A stretch of 63,893 nt of DNA, the filler included, from Intoshia linei (lineage: Eukaryota > Animalia > Orthonectida): assembly GCA_001642005.1 (NCBI GenBank). It is 4 parts of 4 records of this genome, joined end to end, with 100 filler letters (N's around TTAATTAATTAA, not from the genome) between each part and the next. Parts side by side here need not be neighbours in the genome. Positions count along the whole stretch, not along the records: positions 1 to 28,124 come from LWCA01000421.1; 3 more parts are not named here. One strand, given 5' to 3'. The notes below the pieces were generated by a model, which worked only from the letters and a program-made list of their open reading frames with translations, was not told where the DNA came from and did not search any database. The position numbers and the translations under genes are program-made. This document shows positions 11,620-24,343 of this stretch, piece by piece. Numbering within the stretch: the first letter of the stretch is position 1; each line of letters starts with the position of its first letter.

Positions 11620-12708
11620 ACTTTATAAAAATTTCAGTCGAATTTTACCATTATTGCAAAGGATTGTAATATAAAAATGATATTAACAAAGTTTTTTTAG
11701 TTTCGTTGTTTAGTTTATTATTTAAATTTGAATGTTTTAATAAAAATGTTTTGAAAATGAAAATTTGAAATTTAAAAATTGCGTAGCAATGAAAAAAATT
11801 CCAAAAGAATGAATTATGTAGTTTTTTCACCCATATGTCTTTATTGTAAATGTGTAGACGTACAATGCACATTTTTTTTTGAAATTGTAAGATCAATATT
11901 TACATTTTATATTTTTGATTTTAATCGAAATATTTGAAAAATATTGGTTGATAATATATTAACAATTATTTTTCACCGGAAATGCGTAGATTTCTGGGGT
12001 TGAAATTTTGTATTTATATCAACTGGAATAAGCTCTATCAGAATAATTTTTTTTTTTTAATTTTCGGACCGTTAATTATTTCACATTTTTTGTTTTAATA
12101 AAATATTTCGGAAAAAAAAAAATATGAATACTAAAATGCTTTTTTGACCGTGAAGTCGTCACTTATTCGGATTGAAATTTTTTATGTGTGTTAACAGGAT
12201 ATAACTGTACCACCTGTAAATTTTTTTAAATTCTAGGGCTGTTTTGATTAAAAAAAGAAGGGTAATTTGGGGTTTTGGCGCTGAAGATATAATTTTTTTA
12301 AATTTAAATGTATGATAATGTTTATCATTTTAAAAAATAGGGACAACAGGGGTTTTTGACCCGTAAGATGTGAAATTGGGAGGTTGAAATTTATTTATTA
12401 TATGCCCCGAAAAAAACTGTAATTGAAACGTGGTCTTTAAAAAATTCTAAGAGTGGTAGTTATTTCAATAAAGTTTTTGACCCGTAAGATGTGAAATTGG
12501 GAGGTTGAAATTTATCTTATTATACGGTTTTTGACCCTTAAGATGTGAAATTGGGAGGTTGAAATTTATCTTATTATACGCGGAAAAAACTGTAATTGAA
12601 ATGTTATCTTTAAAAAAATCTAAGAGTGGTAGTTATTTAAATAAAGTGGAAAACACACACTGACAGACATACAAACAAAAATCGCGTAGCCTTTTATATA
12701 AGTTAGGA
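11620..12708 (-). mobile_element. Non-autonomous Helitron family copy with internal tandem duplication
   Basis: 5' end a|TCctaacttatataa on minus strand; sequence shared with 19480-19850, 27560-27755, 34608-34945, 42091-42848, 47390-47790, 54081-54872 and 63520-63893. Confidence 0.7.
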
Positions 12709-13111
12709 TGTCTAGAAAGTGTAGAAATTGAACTACACATTGTTATCGTAACTGAAATTATGGTAAGAATTCACTGTATTTATTTTTGCTACCAGAGAAC
12801 ACCCAGTTGACACAGCAACTTTGAATATTATGGTTACAAAACAAATAACTTATAAAACTAAATATTTTTTCGGTTGATCCGAAAATTCAGCTTAGGGCTT
12901 AAGTTTCTCGTAAAATAATCTTTCAAAAATAAGTAATTTATTTCATTTCATTGTAAAGGATTGGTATACAAGATAACTAAATCTCGAATATCAATATAAA
13001 TTTTTACATTATTGTATTGGAAATGATTAATTAATTAAAAATATTAATTTAATATCCGCTGTTGTAGTGAATTGTATTGGTTATTTTGTGTTGTAAATTG
13101 TTTGACTCAAA

Positions 13112-16100
13112 ATGAATAGAATCTATAAATGTGTATTGTGTGTTTTTTTGTGTATAGTTTATGATGTGAATCATTCACGAATACTATGTAAAATGATGAG
13201 AACTTTATATATTTATAATTAGTTTGCAATTACATTTTGTATTTTATGTCACAATAAAAATATTGATTTTAGTGAGTAAATTATGTAAAATAATGAATTT
13301 CGTATTTTACATTTTATTTTATATAAATTATTGTAATTGCGATACAATTGAAGGTAATTCTAAAAATATAATTCAAATATTAATCTTTAAATAGAGATAA
13401 GTCATTTCATGACGTATTTCATGTTTTACATGCCAATTCTGTGTCAAATTGAATTATTTTAGGAAATTTTCAAATGTCTTACATTTTTATTTTTCAAATG
13501 ACTGATAAATTACAATCGTACTAGTAAGGCTAGATCTTTAAACTTTGTAATAATGACTAAGTTTTAATAATAACACTTTTTCTTTTTTTTGGTTTTAAAC
13601 ATGTTTAGCGTTTTGTTGAAACTGAGAATTCCCTAAACAAAATTTCAATATTCCTCCATTAACATATATCATTTATTTCTAATTATTACATGTACTCATT
13701 AAAATTTAGATGATATAAAATCTCAAATTGGATATTCAGAAATCAGCCTTATTCATGATTTGATAGACAAAGATAATGACGGAAATATGGATCCTGATGA
13801 AAGTAAAACGGTAATATAAATTTATATTAAAGTGCTATCGCGCTTATTACAAGCAATCACGCTTTTTAGAAATGTATAACAATTTTCATAGCAATTCAAA
13901 AGTCCAATTTTCGTAAAGTTAAAGTTATATTCAATAACATTATACTATACAACGTGTCCCGCTAAGTTAAATTAAGTTAAATAGGCTTGGCAAAGGGTGA
14001 AAATCAAAAATTGTTTCAGTTAAGCAAAGATTTTTTAATTAGAAAACAGTAATTTAAATAATGAAATTGTTTTATCTGATATTACAGAATGGAATAACTT
14101 TCAAGTTTTTATGAAATGGACATTGATTTTGACGAATATTTTCGCTCTGATGAAAATTTAACCACAAGAAACAATCAATTAAGTGAAGAAAATATCATTA
14201 ATAAAACTATTGAATCCCATCAGTCAAATAGTGATTTTACTGATACCTTTGACATAAAAGTTTGTTTAAATCGATTGAATTTCTTAAACAATCTTTACTA
14301 AAAAACCACACTTATCTCAAAATAAAAGAATGCTTAAATATTATAGAAAAATATTTCATTAATAATACCTAATTTTATAATAAAAAATACATTTTAATTA
14401 ACTTAATTGTAAAATTAAAAAAATATTGTGTTAAACTTGCATCTCGCAAAGTTAAATTTTCAATTTCATTAAATATCATCTATTTTTATGATTTTAACTG
14501 CATTTCTGACATTTTACATCATTTTGAAACAAGTTAAATCACGATTTATTTACTCCCAAAGTGCAATTTTCATTAAAATTTTCAATTTGACTTAGCGCGA
14601 TTGCATTGTATATTGTTTAATCTGGTTGGGTGTTTGTAAAATTTTATAAACAAATTATTGGCCCACCATTAGAAAAAAATTTTGTCATTTGGCCGGATGG
14701 TGAAAGATAGTCCCCACCCATTTTGTCTACCATAATACATTATAAATTTCAAAATGAAATGGTATGGTATGCCTAGTTTATAAATGATGAATACCAAATG
14801 AATAAAGAGTTGCAATACAAGACTTTAATGAAAAATCCAGATGAATATTCCGGCTTTTTACACAAATATGATTATTACATTACTAAAAATGAATTTTGGC
14901 AGTATTGGTTCAATAATACAGGTTTATATTTTGTGCTTCCAATGACATTTTAAATAAATTGACTAATCACATTAAGTGTCCTCGACAAAAATAGGGTACA
15001 TGTTAAATTTTAGCGATTAAAAACTTTTAAAGTATAAAATTGTCATTTCACCTCCAGAGCTAAACCAACTGTACTGAGACCCTCATAAGGAGGCTCGATA
15101 AAATTTTGTAAAATAAAATTTCAATTTCCAAATATTGACGATTCAAAAAAAATTGTGAAATTTTTCAACATCACAACGGGTTAATTTCATTCGCAGTAGA
15201 CAAGGTTGTCTCTTTTGATTCAAATTTAAATTATTACAAGTAAGGATTTCTTCGCGATTTTTTAACGACTTATTTATCAAAGCTACTAAAATTGAGTGTT
15301 TGGTGGCTAGATGTTTTTGAGATCGATTTGAATATTCGTGAAACAGTTTAATCAATCTATCAATCAGTTATCGAAAAATCTTTTTCTTTTTAAATTCATA
15401 TTGAATGGTTACTTTTCTGAAATGTATAAGTCACGTGATAGAAAATTAATACAAATTTATGTTTATTTACACAAATTCATATTCACAGTTCATATTGAAT
15501 GAAATTCATTATATACAGTATTCATATTGAACAGAAACAACTGTATGATAATAAATACATATAACGAAATGGAAGTAATTTTTAATCTAAGATTAACGCT
15601 TATATTGATAATTACAACTTTGGTCTCGTTTAAGATCCTTTAGGGTTTGTAACTAAGTAGATAAAAATTTATAATTGCATTTGTAGCCTATCGATGGACA
15701 AATGATGATATCATTGTATGGTTGGTAGATATTGTCAAACTTGGAGACTATACGAATATTTTTATTGAAAATAATATCACCGGTGCTTTAATTCCAAAGT
15801 ATATTTCTCATAATATATGTTTTTATTTAGATTTATGTTTTATAATTAACAAATTAATGTTAATCATAATAAATAACATAATAACATGTTAAATTGAATA
15901 ACAATAAATTGAAATTATTTATTAATCTTAAATAAGGTTTCATTTGGGACATTTTAATATTTTTAATAGTATGTTATGAATACTTAACGTATTTTATAGA
16001 TTAGCTGTCAATAAAACTTTTATTATCAAGGAATTAGGAATAAATGATATTAATCACGTCAAACGGATCAAAATAGTTTCATTGGGAACTATTTTGTTTG

Positions 16101-19100
16101 AAGGTTTATATATACATTATTATATAACTTTATAACATTTTTTTTATCAATTTGATTTTTCAAAAACCTTCCTGTTTTGTGTCTTTATTTTAATGTAGTG
16201 GTTTCCGATTGAGGTCCCTGGACCCCTAGGAGTCCACAACTAGTGATTGTACCGGGGAAAAAAAATCGGGACAAAATTCCCGGGATTTCCCAAATAAAAT
16301 TGAGACATACTGGTATTTGATTTATGTTTGTTATTAATATGATTATATTATAATATTTAAAATTTACCATATCAAAAATCCGATTTTACGAAATCTGATG
16401 AAAAAAATCCACTTCATAAAACCACAAATAAAAAATCTAATTTTCCAGCCCTTAATGGAAAAATATCCTTTTTCCAATACTTTTTTAAAAATTTCTTATT
16501 CCAACCACAAATTACTAACGCTTGACGGAATTATCCTATCTTTCCAATATTATTTTGAAACATATTATGCGTTGTTACGAACTGGAACGTTATCATCAAG
16601 ATTGTTAAAATTTAAGGAATCCCTTATGACCGTTCAGCCTACGTCAACACAAAATGAAAGAAATTTCTCTACTGCTTCTAATTTTGTTACAAAACATAGA
16701 ACGATTTTAAATGACGAATCTATCAATATTATGTGTTTTGAAATACTTTTTCAAAAATCTAAAATAAATAAATTTTTTTCTAATTAAATTTGTAAATTTC
16801 AATCTAGATTCGTGTTATTTCATTAATTAAATTTCTTTTTGTTTCTAAAATTAATTGAGGTCTCTAAAATTTTTAATGATTCTTTATTATACATGAATAA
16901 AAATTTTTTATTTTTCCTTTTTTATCTTCAATTAATTGAAATTTTTTTATATTTCAAAAAACCAATTTATTGCAATTAAATTGGATGCAATCAATTAATT
17001 TCAATCCCTGTCGTACACTATTTGAATCAGGAATTACTGTATTAATATAATGAAATATACTAATATTATATTATTTTTTTAAATTTTATTGTAGACCACA
17101 AAAAGAATAACAACATTTATACATACATCCTGATAACATGTCTGCTTGTTTGTATATGTTTGTGTTCTATACTTTATCTCAGATATTATAATTCCAAACA
17201 ACACTTGAAATTACTCTTTGATAAACTCACCGAATTGAAAAGATCTGAATCAGAATTAAAAATTCTTCAACAACAGTAATGCTCGTTATTTCAAGATTAT
17301 AAATTATATAGCAGGGCCCCATAGGGTGATCATTCAAAGATTTATCAATGATCATGTAATTAATATAGATAATTCTTTTTTGTATTCATAGATCATGTAG
17401 CGATATTTACATTTAATGATCCACCATAAAAGTTTGTGGAATTAGCAGTTCCGCATCTACCTTACCATGATAGCCTCTTCCGGTCTCATTTTTCAAACTG
17501 AGCATTAAAAAAATTGTATTCTTGAAGATCTTAACTATTTTATGTATTAAATTTAAAATTACAACTTAAGAGCCTTGTAGAAGTGACTAGGGATTATATA
17601 ATATGACTAGAATTTTATAATGTAAACGTAAATTGATAAAAATTAATTTTTATGGTAAAAATGTTAAATGTTAACAGTTTCTATAGAATAATGTTCTATT
17701 TGCAATTTTTTCAAATCAAATAGTTAGACAGATTGTTCTATTAGTGAAATTTAAGTTCTGAAAAACCCTTATGTTTTTATTTTTATCGTACGAAACTTTT
17801 CAATATACTTTAACAAATATTAAAAAACTAAAGTGTATAATTAAATTTCAACATAAAAATTACATTTTAGTCAATATAGTACTTTTAAACTTTAAAGTCG
17901 ATTTATGAAAAACTGTTTTTGCAGATGAAACATTATAACTAACACTGCGATTTGTTGGTGGTTTTTTTTAATTTTCAATGAAATGATCATGAATTGTACA
18001 TTTCGTTATGATAAAATATGAGTTTATTGATTATTTTGAATTTGTTATTAAATTTTATATAGGTATATTTAGACTTGAAATTGTTGAATCGGAAAAAGAA
18101 TTTGCCATTAAGCAAGGAATAAAAAGTCAAATTAATTTGTTAAAACAGGTACAAGCAGTTTGTTTATAAAAATCAGAGTTTACCATGAGACGACATTTAC
18201 TGTTATCCCCAATAAAACTTTTTTTGCCAATCAATACTAAAAAAACAGGGTACCAATGATAGATATTTATTAATATAATTTCGCTCCTGTGACACTGTCC
18301 ACTTTATCCATTTTCAGTTTGGTATATGATCATTTATCAATTTCAACTTTTTCCTAAATTTTTTGTCCCATTACATAAGAATTAAAAGAATTTTATAGAA
18401 TATTTTCTAATTTTTTCTCCAACATTGTTTCAAAAACACATTAATTAGAAAACCTGGTTACCGTATTTGAATAATGATATAAATAATGCAATGGTTCTTA
18501 TATAATGTAGTAAAATTTTTACATATTAATAATTCAAATAGAATAGTGACTCCAAATCTGAAACCCAAGAAATTAAAAAAATTGAATTACAAATATATTT
18601 ACAAATATGCCATGAAGTAGAACAAAATATGATTAATCAAATTAAAGATAAATTAACAAAAAAATTACAAAACACTAAACGAGAGGTTATTTTTTATATA
18701 ATTAATGGAAAATTTAATCAAATGGGGAATTTTTCATTGGTAATCGTTTAATTTCTATTTCAGGGTGATCACGATGTCTCGTTGGTCATACAACATTGTA
18801 CACGACTATAGTAAACGATTTTTATCCGCTCTAAGACATTTTAGTTTCATATTTTTTAATTTATTGTCTTACTGTTTATTTTGAAATTAAGGCTTTGTTC
18901 AAATTGACTGAAACATTAAGGGTTTGAGATTTGCGTGTAAAGTCATATTTATTTTTTAATTTTACTTTATCATATATTAATTCTCTTGATAGTGTGAAAA
19001 ATACAAAAGACGAAACAACTCATTTCTGAAAGGTTGGAGATTGCTACATGGTTCCCAAATAAATGATACATTTGAAAGTCTGACTAAAATAAAGTAATTT

Positions 19101-19938
19101 TTTAAAATGGTCATTTTTTTAATCTTTATATTTAATTTTAATAGAAAAATGTTTAATCAACACAAAATTATGATTGCCGAAAATGCTATTCGATGGAGTC
19201 GAATTGAAGATTTATGTGGTTATCAGATTGTTCAAAATGAAGGAATTGACTATCTTAAAAACTATTATAATAATAATTTTGTTCACTCAAGTATTTTTAT
19301 TGTTTATTATTTTATAATTATGGCTAGATTGAGTGTTATGTACTTTATATAAACTGCAGCTTACATGCAGATGGTTGACTTTACTTTTAATACACATTTT
19401 TTAATTGGTTGTAATAGCAAATTAACATCGAAAAGTAAATTATAATTTTGATATTTACTAAATATCAATAATTAACGGAATCAGCACTTTATAAACATAT
19501 TTCAGGTGAATTTTACCAATATTACAGAGGATTGTAATAAATATAAAAATGATAATAACAAAGTTGTATTACTTTTAGTAATCGTTGTTGTAGTGTTAAT
19601 TTAAAGCAAAATTAAGCAAAATGTTTTGAAAATGAGAATTTGAGATTTAAAAATTGCATAGCAATAAAAAAAATTCCGAAGGAATAAATTATATAGATTT
19701 TCACCCATATTTCTTTATTGGAAATGTTTAGACGTTCAATGCACATTTTTTTTGAAATTGTAGGATTAATATTTACATTTTCAATTTTTATTTTAATGGA
19801 AATATTTGAAAATTAATGGTTGAAAATATATTAAAAATTATTTTTTCATATTATGACCAGAGTTTAGTTTTTGTTATAGCAAACAGTTTCCGGTTTCATA
19901 ATAACAATAATGATTCAATTCCTATTATTTTAAAATGA
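13112..19938 (+). CDS. STIM: Stromal interaction molecule (EF-hand, SAM, TM, CC1, CAD/SOAR), about 11 exons
   Basis: Signal-peptide exon from 13112; EF loop DKDNDGNMDPDE (about 13766-13801); SAM YRWTNDDIIVWL; TM YILITCLLVCICLCSILYL; CAD LQIYLQICHEVE and IRWSRIEDLCGYQIV. Last exon 19880-19938 inferred from phase. Confidence 0.92.
13950..14608 (+). mobile_element. Deleted Tigger/pogo element in STIM intron
   Basis: TA|caacgtgtcccgctaagttaa ... ttgacttagcgcgattgcattg|TA; ORF 14116-14301 (DFDEYFRSDENLTT) resembles the acidic tail of Tigger transposases. Confidence 0.6.
16196..17039 (+). mobile_element. hAT transposon remnant with C-terminal dimerisation-domain fragment, in STIM intron
   Basis: ORF 16398-16787 contains LMTVQPTSTQNERNFSTAS...HRTILNDESI (hAT dimerisation motif); ends tagtggtttccga / tcaggaattactg; imperfect 8-bp TSD. 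Confidence 0.75.
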
Positions 19939-22913
19939 AGATGTTATTGAAATTTTTATTTTTTCAAAACGTATATTATCTCTGGATAAAAAGGTTATAT
20001 GGTCAAAAATGATGTTGGCTGAGTATCGGTTTACTAGTAACTTGTACTATTTTGTATAATTAATCAATATTAAATGTTAATTGTGAAGATTATATTGATA
20101 TTTTAATTTTTCATTTTACGTCCATTTGTAATTGTATCACATAGTTATATTATAAACTATCAAATATCAATTGAAATTTGACTATTGAGGTTTTTTATTT
20201 GTAGGTTTTGCATTTTGTAACTGAAACTATATATAATAATGTATATTATTTGTACATTGTACACAAAAATTGATTCATGCATTAAATATAAATATACTTT
20301 TCATTTAATCGGGATTGTCGTTTTATTATCATCATTTCAATTTATTTTATCATTTAGTACAGGCTTTTTAACATTCCACTGTGTTTAAAGTCATGTCTCC
20401 AAGACTTTTAAGTTTCAAATTAAGAGTGTATATTGAAAAAGTTTTAAAGGGTTAATATATAAGTTCCCTATATATTAAAGGCTTATATGGAGTTAAATTT
20501 TATTTCTGAAAGTATTGATAGATTTTCATATTTCAACATTTTGCTTGAAATATATAACATTAAATGGAGGTACATGTAAGTTATTAAAAAATAAAAATAT
20601 CAATTATATTAAAATTAAAATCTTGCTAAAATGAAGATAGTAAAACGATTGGGGAATATTATTTTTTTATATTTTCATGATTAATTGTACTTACAATTTT
20701 TCTTAATTGGTATGTTTAGGTGGAAGAAAAATGTTTGTGATAGGACAAGACTGAATTATGTGATTGTTTTACTTTTATATGCATTTGTACATTATTTCAT
20801 AAATTGTTGATTTTATTTGTTATTCTATTTATGTTAATGTTGTGTTTATTATTTGTTGTCCCATTGACCCATTTTCTCCTAATGTTACCATACAATATGT
20901 ATGGTCAAATATTAAAAGGTTAATAAATTTTATATTACGCAAAGTACATATTATGACTATGATTATGAGAACTAAAAATTATGACAAACATAGTAAAATA
21001 TAAAACTAGTTTCGGCTCAGTTATCTATTGTTTCTGATATTTTTATAACATTTCAACCACTATTTTAATATACTACATGCTATATTTATGTTATATTCAC
21101 TATTAAGCGTATACATATATAATTATTAAAACATTTCTACTTAAATCCAATTATTTTTAACTAAATCCAATTATTTTTACTAAAAATCAAAATTTACCAA
21201 CACTAACAGGAAAAATCCAGTTTTACCAACACTAAAAGGAAAATTCTAGTTTTACTAATACTATTACTACCATAGAATATTTCTAATTTTTTTGTAATAT
21301 GGTTTGTGGGTATAATATTGTATCTTAATATTTTAGTTTTATCTTGGGTCTGTAGTGGATGATATAACTCAAAAATAAAAATTCGATTTTTCCATAAATT
21401 AATGTAAATTTCATGGTCCAAATACTGATAAAGTTGCGTGTGATAAACACTTTGCATTTTTAAATTCAATTTTACCTTATTCATTTTTATTTTTAGTGAA
21501 AATTTTTATCAATGAGAAATAATTTTTATAAAATTATAAGAACTTTAAACATCTATAAAATAATAAGTAAACGAGGTAGAATTAAATTTAAACGTGCAAA
21601 ATGAACAACCAAACATGACGATCAACACAAGACCACTCAAAACATAACTACGGGATCTCATCGTAACATTCCAGTAAATAAAGTTATATTTTAGTTTTTG
21701 TAGAACATTTTTGTATGAAATTTTTAAATTGGCAAGCTTTTCCACTAAAAATTTTCAAAAATTTTTTTTTTTTTCATGATTATCATAAAACTATCACACG
21801 CAACTTTATCAGTATTTGAACCTAATTTATAAAATTCTGGAACACTCCTAGTGTACATTTTACAGTTTTACACATTCTATGTAACATACATTATCATTAT
21901 AAAATCTGAAATTAAATAATCAGTTTTCTTCCGGCGAATAAATTTAGATATATTTTAAATTCAAAAATTGGTATACTTACGCCCAAAACCACAAATTACT
22001 TATTAGTCAAATGTATTGTTATTGTTTTATTATTATATTATACATTAGTATATTAGAAAACAAATTATTTCTAAATTGGCTGATTTAAATGTAGTTTCTT
22101 TAAAAAGTTTTTAACCCACAAAATAGGTTGCACGATATGAATTCTTTTTAAATTGTGATTTTTAGTTACATTTTATCATTTTTAATTAAAGTTAATTTGT
22201 CAGTTTTAAATTTTTTCTTATATCGGAAATTCTCGATTGGGATTAGTATAATTATTTTTATTATCAATTTATTTTTATTATTTTTTTATTATTATCATTT
22301 CTACATTTATTAAATATAAACAATACTCATATCACAAAATGTATGCTTCATTTGATATATGATAATTATCCAATTTATATTATTTTTTATTATCGAGTGG
22401 AATAATTTGTTTATTTATTTAGAGTTTATGGTAGTTTTTATTACCTTTATCTTGTCTTTTACTCGACTTGATAACAAATTTATGTATAAATTACATTGTA
22501 CAATGTTTTTCTACATCAATATTTAATTTTTAAATTATTGTTTACAGTTGAGTTAATTACATTCAATACTGTTTCTAATCAAAGGTTTCATAATATAATG
22601 CAATATTTCTCAGCGATCGGGATGTGATTTATCGTTTTTTAACTCGATTTTGTTGGATTAAAATAAATATTAATAAATGAAAAAGGAAAAAATCTAATTG
22701 AGGTAATCTTAAGTTTGATTGTGAAAATTCAGTTTTTGAGGTTGCGATTTATGATAATGATTATGATTTTAAAATCTATATCAGAATTTATGTTTTATAA
22801 AATTTTAGGATATTTCCCGTATAGTTTTGACTATGAAAGTCGTCGGAGTTTGATTACACCGAAGCCTGGGCGACCGCTACATTATTATTTAAAAAATCAC
22901 CCTTTTATTCCAC

Positions 22914-23104
22914 TGTAGTGATATATCGCTATCATACTAATCGAGATTCGAATATATACTTTTGATATAACTCACTTGTGATGTCTAACTGGCAGAGTGG
23001 TTATAGTCATATAATTGTATTCTGCGTGGTTAGGTTAGGATCCCATTTGGACATATTTTTATTTAAGATGAACTTATTTGAGTTCGTCTCATTCAATCGC
23101 TACA
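22914..23104 (+). mobile_element. Solo-LTR-like element with tRNA-derived A box (copy 2, B box decayed)
   Basis: TGTAG...CTACA termini, near-identical to reverse complement of 8706-8897; flanks tccac/cccat. Confidence 0.72.
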
Positions 23105-23872
23105 CCCATGATTAATAAAATTTAAAAAAAACCCATTTCAAGCCCTCAGGAAAAAATTGATTTTGACCGAAGCGATAAAAAAATTTTACACTCTTTTTTA
23201 GAAGCCATTTTTTTGAAAATTAATAAGAGAAAATCAAAGATTTCCTACTTTCTTTTTTGAATCACTCAATAGAAAGGTTTTAATGTTTAATATTATCATT
23301 TGAAACAGTTTTTATGTCAATATTATATGATGAACATTGTAGAATATATTTTAAATTGAATAATTACCAGAACTTTGATTCTTTAAACTATTTTCTTTCT
23401 AGCTATTTGAATTCTCACAATTCAAAACTTATAAACTGTTTCTTAAAATATGAATATGAAGTATTTTTTAATAAATTAGGGCTCTCTTTTTAAGATATAA
23501 GGGTGAATTATAAGTAAGTATATATGTAAGTATATATATATATCTATATATAAGTATTTTTATTAATTTGGGGAATTTTTTAATGAGTGGCCCTGGGCTA
23601 CAGCCCATATTGCCCATGCCTTAAAACGGCTCCGCCTTAGACACCAAAATTCAAATATATACGACAGAAAAATTTTATGCTTTTGAATAAGTTTATGTAT
23701 TTTAGTGCATTTCTATTGTTATATGCACATCTGGTAATATTTTGTACCTTATTTATGTTAAGTACATTGTGGGCGTGTTTAACGTGAATTTAATTTTTAA
23801 CAATTATATTTTGAGCAAATTTATCTTCTGTGTATTTCATGTAAAAAAACAATTTAGTCTAAATGTTTAAGG

Positions 23873-24343
23873 CAGTGCTTAAACTTGTCATGTTCGCGGC
23901 GCACTAAAAAATAAATAATTTTTTTTTATAATTAAAATTTTGAAATATTGGTTTGAAAGAAATTAAAATTACAGAAAAATATATTTTAAAGTTACTGTTT
24001 TAGTGTATTTATAAAATTTGTGTACTTTAGAAATTTTTATAATTTTAAATTATAGATCAGTGGTTCTCAACGGTGAGGCAAGTGGCTCCCAGGAGACGAA
24101 TTTTTTTAGATAATTTACGGATATGTACAAAATTATGACATATACATTATATAGAATAAGTTTGGTCTTAAATTAAGTAATGATTGGGTGTGAATTTAAA
24201 AAAATTCGATAAAGGGGAGGAATTATAAAAAATGTTGAGAACCACTGTTATAGATCGTTAAAATAAATAATCAAAATTTTAAAAAAATCAGATTCAGCTG
24301 TCGGTACACTAATGCGCCGCGGTACACCATTTGGGAAGGACTG
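23873..24343. mobile_element. hAT MITE containing a nested Charlie-type MITE (24058-24247)
   Basis: Inner TIR cagtggttctcaac / gttgagaaccactg with perfect TSD ttatagat; outer cagtgctt...aaggactg with gtttaagg/atataagg flanks. Confidence 0.8.

Noticed and set aside
21203-21745. ORFs 21203-21484 and 21545-21745 and similar 60-100 aa track ORFs
   Set aside because: Lie in repeat or AT-rich noncoding DNA with no motifs or supported splice chain.
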